This document shows positions 59,138 through 64,000 of a stretch of DNA of 64,000 nt, piece after piece. The DNA is from Lepidodermella squamata (lineage: Eukaryota; Animalia; Gastrotricha), in the NCBI GenBank assembly GCA_047495785.1, contig JBLDXI010000007.1, positions 2,852,001-2,916,000 of the forward strand, written 5' to 3'. The notes below the pieces were generated by a model. It did not search any database and was not told the DNA's origin. It saw only the letters and a list, made by a program, of their open reading frames with translations. Within the stretch, counting starts at the first letter, position 1; every line of letters begins with the position of its first letter. Both the position numbers and the translations under genes were made by a program.

Positions 59138-59959
59138 AGAACAAAGCTTCGCCTGAGCCGCAGTACAGATCAACCTGACGGAGTTTTGCTGATCTTGACG
59201 GGCTTCAAGTACCTTTGGGCTTCTCTTCGAATTGCATAATTTCATCATGGGCTGTTTGGTTTTTGGCTTCAAACCGAACAGTGAAAGGTTGAAATGAGCC
59301 CATTTTTTTGAATTAAAAGCTGTGGAATTGTGCATGTTAAGGTTTCGTTTAGAAGTTCATTAATTATCACTTTTGGAGGCTGAAAGGTATTTCAAATCAA
59401 CCCGCTGCCCGGAAAGCCGCCCAGTATCTGAATTCTCCAAAAAGTATAACAACGATCGAGAGTAGTCATTTTTCAATACGTTTGAGAATTTACAATTGAC
59501 GACCCTGGTGTGCGTGCTCCCTTTGCCGAATACTTTGGATCTATTTATGAATAAATATTTCATAAAATACGCGTCAGAAATTAAGCCAGAAATCTGAACA
59601 GCTTCGCATTAGCAAACTAAATGCTTTGCTATTATTTGCTATTAACCGCGACAAAAAATGCGTCATGGCCGCTCGCTCATCATAATTGTAAAAAAAACGA
59701 GGAGAAACACATTTTCTCCCCTCAATCCTGGAGATTGTGAATTACCTGCTTTTTAGTTGCGTGTGATTTAAAAGCGATGACTGAAGAGTCGCGAGTACGA
59801 CAGAAAAGCGATTTGGATGTTTGCGGAGTTGTGCGTGAAACCGAAATAGCAGCACTCAGACAGCGCAAATTACAGACCATCATTACAGACAAGTTCCAAA
59901 CTAAAAGCTATATAAGCTTTGAGCACGAGTGTTCAGTGTTTTTGATTGAAATTTCCAAA

Positions 59960-62900
59960 ATGACAACTAAAGCTTTTTTGTTGATTATGTTGTTGGTTGA
60001 TAACGGTAACGATTTCAATGAGCGTGTATATTTAACCTTGTTATTTTCTCTTAAAGCACTCAGCCAGTCTCCAGACGTCGCGACTTTTCCGCTGCCTTAT
60101 CTGTACGCTGGAACTCCGACATATAGATCGGCAATATCTTTCATCGGTTCAACGGTGTCAACAGGATTTTTCAGTACTTTTGAAGCTGATCAAACTGGCA
60201 ATGGAATATTGCTTCAAGATTTGGCTTACAACGGCGGACGCGTCCACTCTGGGACGGCTATTCCTTCAGGCGATAGCAACTTTCGGGTCGAAGTTGATTA
60301 CGACGCCAGCTATTCCAGTACAAGTCTGGCAATGTCTATGATTTCCTTCTCATCAACGTCTTACGGCTACGCCGTTGACATTCCACGTAAAATCAACATT
60401 TTGTCCTTCAATATATAACTTCTACACTTCTAGACGCATGTGACTACGCAATCGACCCGACGGGTATTTCGGGGCTTTCGATTTGGCAAGAAATCAAACC
60501 GAATGGAAAAACGTACGCCTCGATGACCAAAACTGGCAGTTCACCATACCCAATGATAGCAACATCAGCTGCTGCCTGCGGGAGCTCCACCCTTTTTGCG
60601 GCATCAAGCTCGAGTTCGAGTTACCGATTGATCATTCAAGTGTCCAACGACAAAGTAACTGTTGCTATGGCCCCGTTGCCAGCAAATGGGACTACAGAGA
60701 CGTCGCTTTGCTTTGATGGGATAACAGCTACTTTAACTGGCTCTTACGCGGGCAGTGGGAGTGCGAGGGTCCGATGGCTAGGCTTATGTAACAACGTCGG
60801 TGAGTTACAGCAATATTTCCACAGATTGATAAAACGAGTCATTTAAAAGGCACCGCAACCGTGAAGAGATTCAACTTCTGGAAATTGGCTACAAGTGCCA
60901 CCACAGCAGCCGCACCAACGACTACAACTCTGGAGACGTCAACTACCACCCCTCCGACTACGGCCACTTCTTCACCAACGTCAACGTCTACTTCATCAAG
61001 TTCAACTTCATCATCAACTACCACTCCTACAACCTCTAGAACCACTTCGACTGCAACCCCGACAACCAGCCCTCCTCAATTGACATCAACGTTAAGTATT
61101 ACCACAGCAGCAACTACCCCTGTTTTGACCACCTTTCCCGCTACTGGCTTTACGCCAACGAGCAGCTCTCCAGCTGCATCGTCAACTATCGGAGCAAACT
61201 CGACTTCAACCTTGAAAACGACTGCTTCGACTTCAACGGCCGTCAATCCTACGACAGCGCCACAACAAGCATTACCTGAGCCTGATATGAATCTGCTTGC
61301 TTTGCCCTACATGCACTCTGGCAGCCCTTTATATCTACCGAATAACTCATTCGATTCAACGAGATGCAATCTGACTCTACAGCAAGGTGCTGTTTTAGAC
61401 GCGACCGGACTGAAATTGGATGATTATCCAACAATTGATTACGGATCGGCAACTGTTGGTGATAGCCTGCCAGCAAGTCTCAGCTCCGACGGCTTCCGAG
61501 TCGAGATGAATATCTCTTCCAATTACAAGCCTGAATCTTCAGGTTACTTCGTGATAGGAATGAACAGCCAATCAGCAACTGTTGGTAAGTACCTAAAAAA
61601 TACCCAGCACCAGAATGTCATACTTGTGCTCCATTGTTTTTCCAAGCGACTGATTCCAGTGGCAAAATGAGTAGTTTCAGCAACTTCGACGGTGTTCATC
61701 TACCCATTCAGCTCGGCCAAGGCAACAGTGCTTATCTATCTTATGAAGCCGTTCCGACAAGCACGAGCCAAACTGTCCCTCTGAATTATTTTGTTAGTTC
61801 TGCCTCAGTTCTAAACATTTTCGATGGATCGGGACTAGCCAATTTCAAGCTGGTAATTCAGAGTTCAGACGACAAGATCACGGTCGCCATCGCCCCCAGT
61901 GGTACCAATGCCACGAGCACGATTCTACTCAGCGATGTAAGTGTACCTGGATTCAGCGCGTATCAACTGGCGAGTGGTAAAGCTAAAATTCAGCTGTACG
62001 GAATAAACGGGACCAACGCCGATGTAACCGTTCGAAGCCTGAAGGTCTGGGCACTGAAATCCTCATCATCGACCACAGCGCTGCCAACCACAGCTGCTGT
62101 TAGAACTTACGACTTCAGCACAAATACTTCAGATTTTAATATTCCCAACTTGATAGACGGCAATATCATCCCTTTGTTAGTTTTAAGCGATCTTACAACT
62201 TGCCAATACATCAGCGCGAAAGTCAGGTATTAAACCTCTCGTTAATACTAGATAGTATTGAAGAGAAATCGTATTTTCTAGATCGCCAGATTACGGAACG
62301 CAAATCTTCATCACTTTGGAATTCAAGAGCTTAATCGATATCGATGCATCAGCCAGAGAGATAGAAGCCGGCGCTCAGTTGACAATTCAATGGGCTGTTC
62401 GGAACTGTCCCCGAGAGGTCACAGCTCCGAGTGTGAACGAGGCCGATCGCGTATATTCTGTCAATCGCAACGACGTTTGGGTTCCGAGCATGCGATTTGC
62501 TAATACGTCATCGGACCTGTACATGGAGAGCATGGCTTGGAAAGAACAAGTCCACATTGCCTACTACCCTACTACACCGAATCGAACGCTGTTTTTCCAT
62601 TGGATGCGATTTGGCGTTTTGAACTCAAAGTGCAGGCTGAAGCTGCGCAAGTTCCCTTTCGACTCGCAGCAATGTGATTTCACTTTTGCGCTCGACGAGG
62701 CTGATAAATTTCTGTATTTTGGCGGCTCACGATTGGCTTTCGATGGATCGCTTGACAGTGAAATGTGGCGGCTTGACGCTGCATCGAACAAACATGGCAT
62801 AACCACCTCCTTGTTGCGTAAGAATGGAACGTCAGGGTACGCAATTTTCACAGTATCCTTCTCTCGAGAGCCTATGCCGTACCTTATCAACAATATGGCA

Positions 62901-63287
62901 CCTTGCGCTATTATCATGATTCTGGTATTCGGGTCGCTGCTTTTCCAGCCGGACTGTCCTGATCGTCCAGCGTTCTCTGGAACGCTCCTTCTCAGCATGA
63001 TAGTCATACAGTCGGACGTTTTACACAAGATTCCAGAAACATCAGAATCTGTCCTCATGGCTGAGTATATTCTGATTTTATGTGGGATCAGTGGAATGAT
63101 CACCATGTATGCTGCGATCATGTTTGCTGCAACTTCTAGATACGATTTCCTTCTGGCTGACGATGGGCGATTTTCAGTTCTGAAAACAGCACTGAGTTAT
63201 GCGAGAGCGATTGATGTTGCCACATTTTGCTTTTGCATCGACATTTTCCTTGTTCTCAACGTGTACGCATCGATGGTTGTATTGTAG
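59960..63287 (+). CDS. Cys-loop ligand-gated ion channel subunit with large N-terminal extension (2 repeated beta-rich domains + mucin-like stalk)
   Basis: In-frame exons 59960-60005, 60057-60386, 60434-60799, 60850-61584, 61647-62226, 62282-63287. Signal peptide; VWVPS; Cys-loop CRLKLRKFPFDSQQC (C-x13-C); REPMPYLIN; four hydrophobic segments; IPETS. Confidence 0.82.
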
Positions 63288-63518
63288 AGAGGTGAAAGGT
63301 GTCATCATAACCGGATAACTTCGTTGTTTCATGAGAACTCTGAGAAATTTGACACAGTGTATGTAAAAATTGCTCTCGCAACATGATGATATTTCGTGAC
63401 GTTGTAATTCTTTCATGTCACTTGTCCGGTACTTCATTAGACCGAAGATTCAGACTTAAGTGGGAGCTGATGTTTTAAAGTTTAAAGCCTAGACAAACTA
63501 ATGCAGTTAGCATGTAAC

Positions 63519-63569
63519 GATTACTTTGCCAACTTTCAAAGTGATGACTGGGATGAGTTTGGCTTGAAA
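63519..63569 (+). pseudogene. Short relic of a subfamily-2 helical gene
   Basis: Encodes DYFANFQSDDWDEFGLK vs DYCANFQSDDWDEFGLK in Q. Confidence 0.75.
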
Positions 63570-64000
63570 GATACCTAGCATGCCCTTTTAACCCTCCAGC
63601 GCCCACGGATGCGCGTGTCTATGTGCGCGTATACACTCAAAGGCGTTTTTCGGTGATTTGGCGTGTTTACACGTCCGACTTGGACGCGTAAACCCGCTTT
63701 TTCAAAAACTCGACGTCTATGACCGCAAGTTGCGAAAAAATTTACCAAAACGTCTCAACACGCTAATGAGGCGTCTTCACACGCAAAAATTTAGGCGTCT
63801 AAACACGCCCGTATGCTAATTTTATTCATGATTTTGGCCATTTTTATTCGGAAATCGCAGGAATGCCAACGACCTTCGCTAAAATCAACAATAATCAATC
63901 ACTCAGCTTGCAAATTAAAAAATTAAATTAAAAATGATAAAAATTAATAGTTCAGGTTTTCATTGATTAGTGATTGAATTGGCAAGGTAGCGCGCGATGT

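Noticed and set aside
63588-64000. piggyBac-like left end (TTAA CCCT)
   Set aside because: Right end not visible in the window; motif too short to support alone.

Overview
Eukaryotic (invertebrate animal-like) DNA with compact ~45-70 bp GT-AG introns. All intact host genes lie on the + strand. The window opens with the 3' end of TAF1 and a multi-exon aminergic class A GPCR. It closes with an unusual Cys-loop ion-channel subunit carrying a large N-terminal extension (two repeated beta-rich domains around a mucin-like stalk). Between them (~5.1-59.1 kb) is a head-to-tail birth-and-death cluster of two interleaved gene families. The first has nine C-terminal SOCS/BC-box proteins with ankyrin-like motifs (3 disrupted). 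The second has eight intronless ~630-690 aa helical proteins with an N-terminal TPR-like unit and no recognisable catalytic motif (3 disrupted, plus 2 relics). Shared flanks show the two families were duplicated together as a unit. Short spacers and AG acceptors just upstream of start codons suggest trans-spliced or operon-like expression. Transposons are abundant: a Penelope-like element with a minimal hammerhead ribozyme, CACTA/EnSpm, gypsy and LINE fragments, and piggyBac-, Harbinger-, hAT-like and other MITEs with clear TIRs/TSDs. Family assignments come from motif recognition only; no database search was run.
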